Assembly: GCA_964036045.1 (NCBI GenBank)
Contig: OZ038378.1
Span: 84,196,001 to 84,260,000, forward strand
Length of the DNA: 64,000 bases
Source: Eutreptiella sp. 'Long Island Sound 2002'
Lineage: Eukaryota; Protista; Euglenida
Direction of reading: 5' to 3'
This document shows positions 25,151 to 38,816 of the stretch, one piece after another. Position numbers and translations under genes: made by a program. The stretch's first letter is position 1; every line of letters begins with the position of its first letter. The notes beneath the pieces were generated by a model. It had not been told where the DNA came from. It did not search any database and was given only the letters and a program-made list of their open reading frames with translations.

Positions 25151-26827
25151 ACGGTGCGCTCAATGAAAATCTAATGAGTCCAGCCATCAAATAGCAGCAG
25201 GGTTAAGGATCACAAAGGTTCCACATACATAGGTGTGGCAATGGGCACATTTTGTGACGTTGTGATGCATAGATTGTATGTTTGTGTGGCTGGAGTGCCA
25301 AACATCCAAAACGAAAAAGCTCAATGTCAAATAGCATGAACAACCCCATCGCACTTTTATGACAGCAAAAATTGAAATGATAACTTGACTGTACCACTTA
25401 GGGCTGGCTGGATGGCTATGTTTCGTCTTAGCCCATGGCCTTTCATCCATATATGGGGAGGACCCCGCTTTGACACACGACACCCTGTGTCCTATGCATC
25501 TACCCTGATTTCCACTTTGGGTCCCCAAGTGGCCACCACACTTACCCAACGCAACTGCCCAATTGGCCAACACAGTCATCTATGGGGGGTGCATGTGTGC
25601 ACCCGGTTTGTGACGGCCACTTACGTGACATCTACTTAGGTGGAAAATAGGGGGGCAGATGCATCATAACATTCCCTATGCATGGTTGTATGCAAAGTAC
25701 ATTGCATCTAACGGGGCCAAAAACAACACCCATACTCCTTATACCATGAAACCGTGCTGTTAACTTCAACCATGAACAACCTTGATTACCATGAACCTTC
25801 CATGACCTTATGCTTGTGTGGTGTTTCTTTGCTTCCCTTGACTTGCCTTGCTACCAACACATTTTTGGGAAAAGAATTGCAAAAAAATCAACAGAACAGA
25901 AAGAAAATTTTAAAAAATAAATCTACATGCCTCCAAATGTTACATGTACTTGCTGGAATATGCAATGGCGCGGAAAGTGACCACATACTACTTGCAAAGA
26001 AAACCTAATAACAACACAAACGAGATCCCCGAAAGCTGACGTCAGTACCGGCTCTGCCTCTACCAGCCATCGTCAATGCCACTTGGCACGTGGCTTGTAT
26101 AATGCTCCCACGGATGGAGTGCCCAGGTCTAGCTGAAACCTGTCAACAAAAATTTTCTTGTCATGCAATGGTTAGTGAATAGCATCTATCTCGCACGTGG
26201 TGCATTGTACAAGGTGAAAATAGTGAATAGCATGTACCTCGCAAATGGTGCATTGTACAGTGTGAAAATTTGGCATATGGGTGTTTGTACGACGATTCAA
26301 GGTTGTACATACAATATCTTATAAAAAAAAAAACAAAGCATGCAAAAACAACAAGCCACAAACTACAAAAATCATATGTGAACCCCTTGGGTGCTAATAA
26401 TGTACACCCAAAGCTTCATGCCTGCTTCTTTGGTCCTTATTGGACCCTCACCCTTAGCGGGCCTTCATTCTCGGTGTTGATTCATTCAGCTTTCCTTGAT
26501 AGGGCCTGGAGGCAAAAATGGCAGAAACGGTGGGAGGGGGGGGGGGGATGCATGCAATGCATGACACATGCATGAGGGGGGGCTGCAGGGGGTAATCTTT
26601 TTTTTGATGCCATTTTTGGACATGCCAAACAAATACCGAACCAGCATCCCTCCCTGTGCGCACCTTGGTCCATCCATGTTGACCGCCATCTGAAGATATT
26701 TGGAAAGAGCAAAACTAGAGCATGAAATTATGGGCAAAATTGTGCACCCACTGAGTAGTGCTTGAAAACAACCTCTACGAGGCAATACCACTCGGCTTTG
26801 TGCGCCGAATAATGCCTCTAACCAAAG

Positions 26828-27240
26828 TCTGAGCAAAGAATCTGAACGTTGGGACTGACTGGGCAGACAGCAAAAGCTGCAAAAAATGAGCATATAATGC
26901 AGGAACGGATGTGTTGAATGCAGGGTTCTCAGGAGTTGATCACTATGGCTGGCAGACACTGCAGCACAGGCACGTGGGTGGCACAATGCACTGCAGAAGA
27001 AATGAGCAGGAAAAACCGTGAAAAAACCTCCCTGTGAACAAAATCTGAGCAAGGAATCTGGAACTTGGGACTGACTGGGCAGACTGCCAAATCTCCAGAA
27101 AATGAGCATGCAATGCAGGAACGGATGTGATGGGATGCAAATGTCCCAGGAGTTGATGACTATGGCTGTCAGACACTGCAGCAATGTACAGGAAGGTGGG
27201 TGGCACTTTGCATTGCAGAAGAAATGAGCAGAAAAACCTG
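26828..27240 (+). repeat. Diverged tandem duplication, 2 x ~216 bp
   Basis: tctgagcaaagaatctg...gggactgactgggcagac...gcagaagaaatgagcag starts at 26828 and again at 27044. Confidence 0.85.
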
Positions 27241-27929
27241 GCTGGATCACTCTGCGTCTGAAAAGAGGTCCCCACTCAGCAACCACGACACACTGCTTGT
27301 GTGGACAGGCAAACAGTGGGGATCACTGTCATTCTTCTTCCATGTACTGACCACACACCCGCAGAAAGACACGCTGCTCTCTGGAAAACTCCTCGGTGGA
27401 ATTGTTGTTTGCCGAACCGGCAGTGGAACCAGCGGCAAGTGAACTGAACGCACAAGCACCTGCAATATACAAAAACAGAACTCGAAAACAAAAAGGACAG
27501 TCTACAAGCATTCGAAAACAATGCAAACACAGCATTGGAAACATGAACCTGCACGCTTGCAATCACCACTCAACAATCCACTTGCGTCGCACTTGAATGT
27601 AAGGTCTTTTGTTGTGTTTTGTTGCAAAGACACGTGCATTCTGTGTCGTTTTTGTGAAGTCATTTGAGTCTCGCTTTTCGCTTTCGAATCTGTTTGTTCG
27701 TGTCACAGGTGGAAAACGCCCCTTTTGTTTTGTTGATATTTCGACAGTCATCTCGCTTTTGTTTTTCGCTTTTGAATACGTTTGTTTTGCAGGTGGAGGA
27801 ACAGCTTGCATCGCATCACATCCGTGAATGAAGTTGAAAAACAAAAGCGCTACAAAAGCGAAACTAATCAATGCAACACCAGAGCGAAACAACAAAAGCG
27901 ACTCATCCAAACACAGCAAAATTGGCATG

Positions 27930-30900
27930 GCGATGGACCTGCCATATCAAGGCACTCTGCTATCTACCTAGATGCACTAGCGGACTTGAAATCGTTGCCC
28001 AGCATAGGAACCCACCATGAGACAAGAAGTGTTGAGATGGTAAAGTAACAGTCATAGTGGCCGCCCCAAAAATTTTGGGGCTCGTAGACCCGCCATATCC
28101 AAGCACTATGGAATCTACCTGGATGCACTGGCAGACTTGAAATTGTTGTCAAGCATAGGAACCCACCATGGGATAAGAAGTGTTTTGAGTGTGAGGTAAC
28201 ACTCATAGTGGCAGCCCCAAAAATTTGGGGCTGAATGGACCCACCATATCCAAGCACCATGCAATCTACCTATGTACATTCACTTGCGGCCAAGCATAGG
28301 AACCCACCATGGGGAAGGAAGTGTTGAGAGGGTGAGGTAACACTCATAGTAGCTGCCTCAAAATTTTTGAGGCGAATGGACCCACCTAGACGCACTAGCG
28401 GACTTGAAAATGTGGCCAAGCACAGGATGTTGAAGTTGAAAGCATGCACTAACACTTAGAGTAGCTGCCCCAAAAACTCTAGACTGAGTGAACCCGCTAT
28501 ATGCAGTCACCATTTAATCTACCTAGACACACCGGCGGACTTGAAATTGTTACCAAGCGGGGGAAGTTGCCATGGGGAGATGAAGTGTGCGGTAACACTC
28601 ATAGTAGCTGCCCCGAAAACTCCAAGCTGAATGAACCCGCTATATAGGAGGACTATGTAGACTACCTAGACGCACCAGCGGACTTGAAATTGTTGCCCAG
28701 CATAGGAACCCACCATGGGATAAGAAGTGTTGAGAGGGTGAGCTAATACTCATGTAGCTGCCCCCCAAAAATTTTGGGCTGAACGGAGCCGCCATATCCA
28801 TGCACTATGCAATCTTCCTATGTACACACCTTGGCTCACTTGAAATCGTTACCAGAGAGGTTCACCCCAAAGTTGTGGGGCGGCTACTATGAGTGTTACC
28901 TCAGCCCTTCAACACTTCGTTTCCCATGGTTGGTTCCTATGCTGGGTACCAACTTCAAGTCCGCCAGTGCGCCCACGTAGTTTGCAAAGTGCCTGGATAT
29001 GATGGGTCCATTCGGCCCAAATATTTTTCGGGCAGCTGCTGTGAGTGTTACCTTACCCTCTGGATCCGCCATTTCCAAGCACTATGCAATCTACCTATGT
29101 ACACACACTAGCGGACTTGAAATTGTTGCCAAGCATAAGAACCCGCCATGGGATAAGAAGTGTTGAGAAGGTGAGGTAACACTCATAGTAGCTGCCCCCC
29201 CCCCCAGAAAATTGTGGGCTGAATGGACCGCATCCGAGCACTATGCAATCTACCTATGAAACTTCATTGGCGGACTTGAAATTGTTGCCAAGTGCATGGG
29301 AAACGAATGGTTGACAACGCGGGGCATTACCCATAGTAGCTGCTCCGGAACTTCTGGGCTGAATGGTCCCGCCATATCCAGGCACTGTGCAATCTACCAA
29401 AACGCATGGGCATACTTGAAATCGTTGCCAAGCATAGGAACCCACCATGGGATAAAAAGCAGAGTGGTCCTTAATGGGGGGGAAAAAAGTGCTGCATTAC
29501 ACAGCTTTTCCAAAAAAGCCCGCGGGCGCAGGCACACCATGTGTTGGCAGTGGGCGACCGGCGGTTCGTGGCGGTTGGTAGCGGATGGTGGCGGTTGGTG
29601 GTTGGAGATTGGTGGTTGATGGTGTTTGGTGGTGTTTGGTGGTTGGCGGTTGATCGCCGTTGGCGGTTGGCGGTTGGTGGCGAGTGGCGGACGGCAGCGG
29701 TTTGTGGTGGGCGGCTGATGGTCCCTTGGGGTGGTCCCCAAGGGCGGTCCTTAACAAAAGAAACATATAGTCCCTTATGGACCCCCTGATAAGAAGTGTT
29801 GAGACGGTGAGGTAAGGTAACACTCATACTAGCCGCCCCAGAAATTTTGGGGCGATGGACCTGCCATATCCAGGCACTATGCAAACTACCTAGCGGACTT
29901 GAAATTGTTCCCAGACATAGGAGCCCACCATGGGACAAGAAGTGTTGTGAGGGTGAGGTAACATTCATAGTGGTAGCCCAAAAAGAATTGAGGCGAGTGG
30001 ACCCACCTAGACACACTAGCGGACTTGAAATTGTGGCCAAGCGTACGAACGCACCATGGGAAATGATGTTTTCAAAGGTTGAGGTAACACTCATAGTAGC
30101 TGCCCTCAAAAATTGGGGTTGAATGGACCCGCCATATCAAACTGCCAGTTAATCTAGACACAGCGGCACACTTGAAATTAATGCTAGGCCCGGTAGCCTC
30201 ATGGAGGTTGAAGCATTGAGAGCGTGCTGTAACACTTACAATAACACTCATAGTAGCGACCCCAAAAATTTTGGGGCGATGGACCTGCCATATCCAGGCA
30301 CTCTGCTATCTACCTAGATGCACTAGCGGACTTGAAATCGTTGCCCATGGCAGGTTTCTTGGCTTGGCAACAATTTCAAGACCGCCAGTATGTCTAGGTA
30401 CACTGCATTGGTGCCTGGATATGGCGGGTCCTTTCACCCAAAAATCTTTGGGGCGCCTATTATGATAGTTACCTCACCATCTCAACACTTCTTACCCCAT
30501 GGCGGGTTCCTATGCTTGGCAACAATTTCAAGTCCGCCAGCGCGTCCAGGTGCATTGCATAGTGCCTTGATATAGCGGGTTCATTCAGCCCAGAAATTCT
30601 TGGGGCACCTACTATGGGTGTTGCCGCAAGCTCTAAGGTCTGAAAACTTCTTATCCCATGGTAGGTTCCTCCGCTGAGCAACAATCAACAAATCCACTAG
30701 TGCGTCTAGGGAGATTGCATGGTGCTTGGATATGGTGGGTCCATTCAGCCCCAAATTTTTAGGGCTGCCACTATGGGTGTTACCTCACACTCAAAACACT
30801 TCTTATCCCATGGTGGGTTCCTATGCTTGACAACAATTTCAAGTCTGCCAGTGCATCCAGGTAGATTCCATAGTGCTTGGATATGGCGGGTCTACGAGCC

Positions 30901-33900
30901 CCAAAATTTTTGGGGCGGCCACTATGACTGTTACCTTACCATCTCAACACTTCTTGTCTCATGGTGGGTTCCTATGCTGGGATATGAAGTATTGAGAGGA
31001 TGAGGTCACACTCATAGTAGCTGCACCAAAAATTTGTGGGCTCAATGGGCCTGCCATATCTAGCCACCATTCAGTCTCCCTAGACGCATTGTTGTTGATT
31101 GCCCCAGCCGTCAATTAGGCAGAAGAGAAGGGGAAAGGGCACAAGCAACCATGTTTCAGATTCCCAGGGACGTGCCCAGTGCCCACGTACAGGGCCCCGA
31201 TACAGGGCTTTGTGCCTTCGTTCATTGGTCTCAAAGTGAAACGGACACTGCACAGTGGAGGAAGCGCAACACAAAAGAATGAACATTTGCAAAATCTGTA
31301 AAAGCGCGCATTGATGAATTATAAGACAAACATCTGACATGCAGCAACCTGCATATTCGCCCTTTGTTTGCACAAATCAACTTCGAAACCTGTAACACAA
31401 AAAAAGGCAGAACCAAAAGCAACTTTCAAAACGACACATCAATTAAAATGTAACAAGGCATTGCAGCGAAATGGAACAAACCCATTCAGAGTTCACTGTT
31501 GCAACCACACGTCAAAGTACAAAGAACGTTATGATACAAGAACAAGCACAAAACAGGCACAACCTGCAAAAAATCAACTAATGCTCATTGAATTCTGAAC
31601 TTCAATTGAGCTTGACTTCTGAATTGCACTTCAAATTCATTATTTAACTTGAAAGCTGAACAAAGGGGCATGCAAGTGCACACCCGAGTAACCCCACGCA
31701 ATGCATTGACCTAACATGGCCCAGACACATCAGAAAGGAGTTCTGACATGGCAACGAACATGTGGCCCAGCGCGGGATGTTGACCCATCAGCAGTGCTGA
31801 TATGCATGGGGTGCTTGCTTGTTGGGGAGGAGAGGGGGACCGGTGTGGTGCGCGTTGCAGTGTCCGTTTCACTTTGAGACCAATGAACGAAGGCACAGAG
31901 CCCAGTCAATTTGAGGTTTGGTGCGCACGCCCCAAAATCTTTGGGGTCGCTACTATGAGTGTTATTGTAAGTGTTACAGCACGCTCTCAATGCTTCAACC
32001 TCCATGAGGCTACCGGGCCTAGCATTAATTTCAAGAGTGCCGCTGTGTCTAGATTAACTGGCAGTTTGATATGGCGGGTCCATTCAACCCCAATTTTTGA
32101 GGGCAGCTACTATGAGTGTTACCTCAACCTTTGAAAACATCATTTCCCATGGTGCGTTCGTACGCTTGGCCACAATTTCAAGTCCGCTAGTGTGTCTAGG
32201 TGGGTCCACTCGCCTCAATTCTTTTTGGGCTACCACTATGAATGTTACCTCACCCTCACAACACTTCTTGTCCCATGGTGGGCTCCTATGTCTGGGAACA
32301 ATTTCAAGTCCGCTAGCGCGTCTGAGTAGTTTGCATAGTGCCTGGATATGTCCGCCAATGAAGTTTCATAGGTAGATTGCATAGTGCTCGGATGCGGTCC
32401 ATTCAGCCCACAATTTTCTGGGCGGGGGGGGGGGGGCAGCTACTATGAGTGTTACCTCAACCTTTGAAAACATCATTTCCCATGGTGCGTTCGTACGCTT
32501 GGCCACAATTTCAAGTCCGCTAGTGTGTCTAGGTGGGTCCACTCGCCTCAATTCTTTTTGGGCCACCACTATGAATGTTACCTCACCCTCACAACACTTC
32601 TTGTCCCATGGTGGGCTCCGATGTCTGGGAACAATTTCAAGTCCGCTAGTGCGTCTAGGTGGTTTGCATAGTGCCTGGATACGTCCGCCAATGAAGTTTC
32701 ATAGGTAGATTGCATAGTGCTCGGATGCGGTCCATTCAGCCCACAATTTTCTTGGGGGGGGGGGGGCAGCTACTATGAGTGTTACCTCACCTTCTCAACA
32801 CTTCTTATCCCATGGCGGGTTCTTATGCTTGGCAACAATTTCAAGTCTGCTAGTGTGTGTACATAGGTAGATTGCATAGTGCTTGGAAATGGCGGATCCA
32901 TTCACCCCAAAGTTGTGGGGCGGCTACTATGAGTGTTACCTCAGCCCCTCAACACTTTGTTTCCCATGGTTGGTTCCTATGCTGGGTACCAATTTCAAGT
33001 CTGCCAGTGCGTCCACGTAGTTTGCAAAGTGCCTGGATATGATGGGTCCATTCGGCCCAAATATTTTTCGGGAAGCTGTTGTGAGTGTTACCTTACCCTC
33101 TCTAGTAACAATTTCAAGTGAGCCAAGGTGTGTACATAGGAAGATTGCATAGTGCATGGATATGGCGGCTCCGTTCAGCCCAAAATTTTTGGGGGGGGAG
33201 CTACATGAGTATTAGCTCACCCTCTCAACACTTCTTATCCCATGGTGGGTTCCTATGCTGGGCAACAATTTCAAGTCCGCCGGTGCGTCTAGGTAGTCTA
33301 CATAGTCCTCCTATATAGCGGGTTCATTCAGCCTAGAGTTTTCGGGGCAGCTACTATGAGTGTTACCTCACCCTCTCAACACTTCCTTCCCCATGGTGGG
33401 TTCCTATGCTTGGCCGCCAATGAATGCACACAGGTAGATTGCATAGTGCTCGAATATAGCGGCACCATTCAGTCCCAAATTTTTGGGGCTGCCACTATGA
33501 GTGTTACCTCACACTCCAAACACTGCTTATCCCATGGTGGGTTCCTATGCTTGGCAACAATTTCAAGTCCGCTAGTTTGTGTACATAGGTAGGTTGCATA
33601 GTGCTTGGATATGGTGGGTCCATTCGGCCCGAAATTTTTTTGAGGGGGGGCAGCTACTATGAGTATTACCTGACACTCTCAACACTTCTTATCCCATGAT
33701 GGGTTCCTATGCTGGGCAACAATTTCAAGTCCACCGGTGCCTCTAGGTAGCCTACATAGCCCTCCTATATAGCGGGTTCATTTAGCCTGGAGTTTTCGGG
33801 GCAGCTACTATGAGTGTTGCCGCACACTTCATCTCCCCATGGCAACTTCATCCGCTTGGCAACAATTTCAAGTCCGCCGGTGTGTCTAGGTAGATTAAAT

Positions 33901-33977
33901 GGTGACTGCATATAGCGGGTTCACTCAATCCAAAGTTTTCCGCGTAGCTACTATGAGTGTTACCGCATGCTTTCACG
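27930..33977. repeat. Array of ~150-bp repeats arranged as a large imperfect palindrome (arms ~28437-30290 and ~31925-33977) around a spacer
   Basis: Unit gcactatgcaatctacctagacgcactagcggacttgaaattgttgccaagcataggaacccaccatgggataagaagtgttgag...gtaacactcatagtagctgccccaaaaattttgggctgaatggacccgccatatccaa, period 151 at 27952/28103/28254. Diagnostic variants are mirrored (28501-28620 vs 33820-33960; 30050-30280 vs 31930-32160). Confidence 0.88.
29456..29787. mobile_element. 332-bp insertion with (GGCGGTT/GGTGGTT)-like microsatellite and a 5-bp GATAA target duplication
   Basis: It splits a 150-bp unit at ccatgg-GATAA-gaagtgtt. GATAA occurs at 29451-29455 and 29788-29792. Confidence 0.75.
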
Positions 33978-36079
33978 TCTCACCTAGTGTGCACATCAGA
34001 TGTATTGGAGCCCTCCGAACGTGTAAGCGCCAGCAATGGGGTGGCTGCAATGATGGACCTATGAGCACGGGTATCGACATTCTACACTCATCCTCTGCTG
34101 CCACAGTACACCCCGCCCCTCCCACGTCTCACTTACCCCCCACCCTTGTCATCATCCCCCCTATAGGGGGATTGTCACTTTGACAAAAAAGCGGGAACCC
34201 CCCCCTCCCGGTCCAACGAACACTTCCGTTCCGATGGTATTATTTTAATTAGGTACTTAATTAGGTACCAGGCGGTTTTAGGTTAAAGGTTTGGGGAAAT
34301 GAGGGGCTGTTGTGATTGGTAATTTGTAAAGCACGTTGTAAGGGAATGGTGTCCCTCAACTACAGGACTGCTATTTCCCACCACGCCTCATTCTCTGCTA
34401 TAGAAGCAGTACCACACTGGTGGGTTGTCCGTCCCAAAAGTGCCCATTCTGCCCGTGCCAAGAACAACAAGGCCCCAAGTCCTTGAAGGCGCCGAAGGAA
34501 AATAGGTTATATTGGAATTGGTTCGGTTTTCATGCTACAATCATGTGGTGCTACCCCCCCCCTCCCCCCTCGTGGGGGGACCGTCATGACCGGCCTGACC
34601 AGCCTCACCCTATCAATACTTCTTATCCCATGGCGGGTTCCTGGGCTTGGCAGCAATTTCAAGTCCACCACCACCAGATTATCCAAGGCAAAGGAGGGTT
34701 CAGGAGTGGGTGGTTCAAAGATCCCACTGACAACACCAAGCACCTCTTGGCCTTGGCCTGGGGCTTTGTGCAGCTCATCAATGGGCCTCCTTTGCCTCCT
34801 CGTGCTGCATCCTCTCGGCATTCAGCTTGTCTTTGTGGCGGCAGGCCTTTTCCAGGCCACTCTACCATCACTTTGCTCTTCTCCTCATAGGCATTGCCCA
34901 TACCAACCTTGACGAAGCCATTCATTTGGGAGACTGCCACTGCACAAAAGAAAAGAAATGGGCAGCGGTGAAAGTAGGGATAGTAGACGGGAGAAATCCG
35001 GACCAGCTACCAAGTCCAAATGTGCAGTGATGCTTTGACCACAATGAAGGTTTACTGTTCATGGGTGTGCAAGGAAATTACTCTAGGCGGTACGTCTAAC
35101 ACAACCCCCCGAAACAACGAACCACGCAATGCACGGCGTGGAATGCATTGCGCACATGTTCCCCACACTTGTGTGCCATCGAGTGTGTCAGCTCTAGAAG
35201 CTCATGGCGGGCAGCGCTGTCAAAACACTCTCAATCAAGGTGAGCCTTCCGGGGCTCCATCCGCAGTGACGAGACGTCCTTTAATCGTGCGTACTTGCTG
35301 TACGTACAAAAATTTGGCATATCGGCTTTGCCTCTCGTGACACTGTGGGTTACCTCTACACAAAGTGGTGCAAACTCCTCTGAAACAGCTGCAGCGCACC
35401 ATCGTTTTCCTGCATTGGAGGGGTAGCAAAGGTTTTTCAAAGAAAAGGGAAAGATCTCATTTCACTAAGGAGCATGCTTCTTTGGAGACCACCCTTTGCA
35501 ATGCCCAATGGACTTGTATGCAGCACCGCACGCGGAGTACGTGACCCACAACATGCTACAGTGGGTTGAAAACTGTGGAAGATGGTTGCCAGCTCGTGCA
35601 CACACATTGAGTGTGTGGAGGGCCTTTCCCAATGCAACTGCACTGAAAACGGACGTAGTTTTGGGGCACCGTCCATAGGCACATATTGAGTCCACTGCTC
35701 GCTAATTTCAAGTTCATGGCGTTTTAAGCATGGTCGAGCGCAGAGTTGGGCTAAAACCTGTGAAAGAGAAGCATCCACCAAGGCGCCCTCTCCCCAATCA
35801 TGCAACTATGTGAAACAAACAATGCCGATCAGTTCCGTAATGTCTTGCCATGAAGAAACACATATTCGCGGTGAGCGTGCGCTGTCAAGATAGGTGCCAT
35901 GCCTTCGTAATGCACCTTGCACCATGGCATGCTTCGGCCACACCAACGCTACTAGGGAAGGGCCCGTCACTATGGCCCAACCTAGCAAGCAAAAGTGGCA
36001 TGGCCCCCGGGATGTGCCGTCCATGTGGCATCCACAAGGTGCAATTGCTGCATACCACTGCCGCGTGCCATCACTTTTC

Positions 36080-36370
36080 ATTCTACCTTACCCCCTCAAT
36101 ACTTCATTTCCCATAGTAGGTTCCTACGCTTGGCAACAATTTGAAGTCTGCTAATGTGCTTTGGTAATTTGCATGGTGCTCGGATATGGCGGGTCCATTC
36201 AGCCCAAAATTTTGGGGAATGACAAGTGTGGCAATTCAGGGTCAAATGAACTATTGAATTAGATAAGGAGTGGGGTCAGCTACGATGAGTGTTACTGCAC
36301 CCCATCAACACTTCATTTCCCGTGGCAGGTTCGCGCGCTTGGCAACAAATTGAAGTCCACCAATGTGTTG
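36080..36370. repeat. Dispersed degenerate copies of the ~150-bp repeat
   Basis: acttcatttcccatagtaggttcctacgcttggcaacaatttgaagtc...gatatggcgggtccattcagcccaaaattttgggg. Confidence 0.8.
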
Positions 36371-38816
36371 GGGATTAGGGTGTGTACGGGTCTGGGACAC
36401 AAACTCTCCACAAACAAACAAAGCAAAAACTCAAAGCATTTGTTGCAGTCTGAAGGACACGTAGCCAATCCCAAGGACATCAATGGTATGGGGCACCACA
36501 AACTTGAGGGATATGCACAACGTTCCATCGCAACCGTAGCTGGTTAACCTATCGCTGTCACCACAGACGTGCTATTCTGTCACACTCATGCGCCAATTCA
36601 TGGCGCCTCAGGCTTGCTATAATTTGTGGCTGAATTGTATTCCTCTGCCCCCACCCTTTCGTTCTGCATCAGCGCAGGATGAGAATACGCGAATTCAAAT
36701 GCGGAAGTGCATGCTGTCTGCTGACCATGTGTCGCCCTCCCAACCGCAGTGCAGCACCACGTGATGTGTTTCTTGCAATTTAGGAACCGGCATCGCGTGG
36801 GCCATAAACTGCGTGGGGGTGGTATTTAAAGAGGACAGTGAGACCGAAGAACCGTTTCGCAGACATGTTGCACTGTTTAGGGTAGTTAAGTGGCATGCCA
36901 TGGCATCAAATGACAAAGTAGTGCAAATGTCAACAAACACATGCACAAAAAAACTTCTCCGTAACTTGGGTTGGTCACAAAATTGTGCCATTTTCAAGGG
37001 TTCAACCTAGAATTCATGACACGGTTGTGGGCGGATATGCAATCTTGTGATTTGCAAAAGAAACAAGGCACCACTAAAAAATATGGCTGAATCCTCTCAT
37101 ACGGATAGATGCCAACTTGCTATTTTCACACTTCCACAACAGCCAATGCATCAGGTTGCACTCACAGCCTTTGCTAGGAGAAGACATACTGTGAGCATGA
37201 AAGCTTGAGCAAACTCAAAGATCACAAGATGAGAAAAAACAAAATGGGCATCCCCCATTTCCAAGGTACATCGCAAACATTGTAATTGCTCATATGTCTT
37301 GGGGGCGTTTATAACTTTGAAGATGCTCTTGTAATAAGATAAGTGGAAATTTGATAAGAACGAATATGCGCGCGGCCAAAGAGTGCAAAAATGTTGTGTC
37401 ACGAGTGAAGAAATGGGTAGAACCCAAACCACCACCAATCGCGCAAATATTTTGCAACCGTTTTTTCTCAACATAAATCGACACCATACTATAAACTGTC
37501 CCTGACCCAATTATACAAAGATTCACCCACATCCCAAAGCATGGGTCACGGTGGATGGGGAGGTGACGGCAAGGAGGTATGGGACAGAAAATGCAGAGTT
37601 CAAGAAACAAAATTACATTGGCTACATCACACGTTCAATTGCCTCATCTCTGCAACCTGGGGCTAGCAATAGAATTACGGGGTTGCCAAGTGTGTGGGCT
37701 GCCAGACACATGGGAAAAGAGGGAAGGTAGAAGGAAGGGAAATTGTGATCCAACAACCTGCTTAAGGGTGGCTTCCCGCATTGTGGGGGGGGGGGGGATA
37801 GAAGGGGGAACTATGAGTGGGCCAACCGGCCGATAATTAGAGAAAATAGGGGGGGGGGATTGCCAAAGCGTTCACTCAAGCCTGCATAGATGACTACGGT
37901 AACGGGGAGAGATGTGGGATGTAGGGGGGGGGGTACTACTCGAAAGACAAGCTCAAGGAACAAGTGTGGGCGCAGTCAAGAGTATTATGTGGCCTTATCA
38001 TCAGTCAGGAACGACTCAGGGAAGTCCCCGCCACAAAATACACCCCAAGAGGAGATTGAGGTACTTGTTGGGAGCAAAACTATGGCCTACAAGGGGAGAA
38101 AGAAGACGAAAGTGCTCACAGCGGGCAATCACGGTTCGACAAGGACCAGACGTCATAGATGAGGGGTCCACAACATGTGAGCACTTGTGAGTCCTCACAT
38201 TATGGCTATGCACCTCTGTCATCTCTTGTAGTCCAGCTCCCGTCTCCCCATGAATTGCTTGGTGGGGGGATGGGTGGATTGAATCATGTGGGCAAAACAA
38301 ATAAGGTTGAATGTGTGGACAAAGGAGTCGGCGAAGAAGAAAAATGGAAGAGGAACCGGTTCGAGGGAACCTATCTTCCCTTGACCATGACCATGGGAGT
38401 GATCAATGACCAGCAAATGCAAGTGCGGTCGTAGGTGTTGCAACCTTCTCATTCAAACAAAAGAGAGGAATATCCCAAACATGTGATTTGGTCCTCTAAT
38501 GCATAAATCATGTGCCAACCGGCATGACTTGACTTTGCAGTGCAGATATGTTGCAAACTTGTGATTCAAAGGTGCTTGGGAGAACCCCATGAGTGCTCGG
38601 AAGATCCACAATTTATACTTTACTACCAAGGCCAAGCATGGTTGTCCACTGCTGCGAGCTTGTGATTTCAACAAAAAAGAAAGAACACAGCGGAGCGAAA
38701 TCTCATGAGTTCAATTCTTTGATGCATATTATATGTTGACCTGCCATGCCCACTTGGGCCTCCCATGGCAAGGGTCATGAAACCCTCGATGCAATTGTTG
38801 AGCGCGCTTGCAGAAA

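Noticed and set aside
27930-33977. 150-bp repeats as a tandem small-RNA gene array (5S, SL RNA, tRNA, snRNA)
   Set aside because: I recognise no 5S, tRNA or spliced-leader sequence. Units are heavily degenerate and in mixed orientation.
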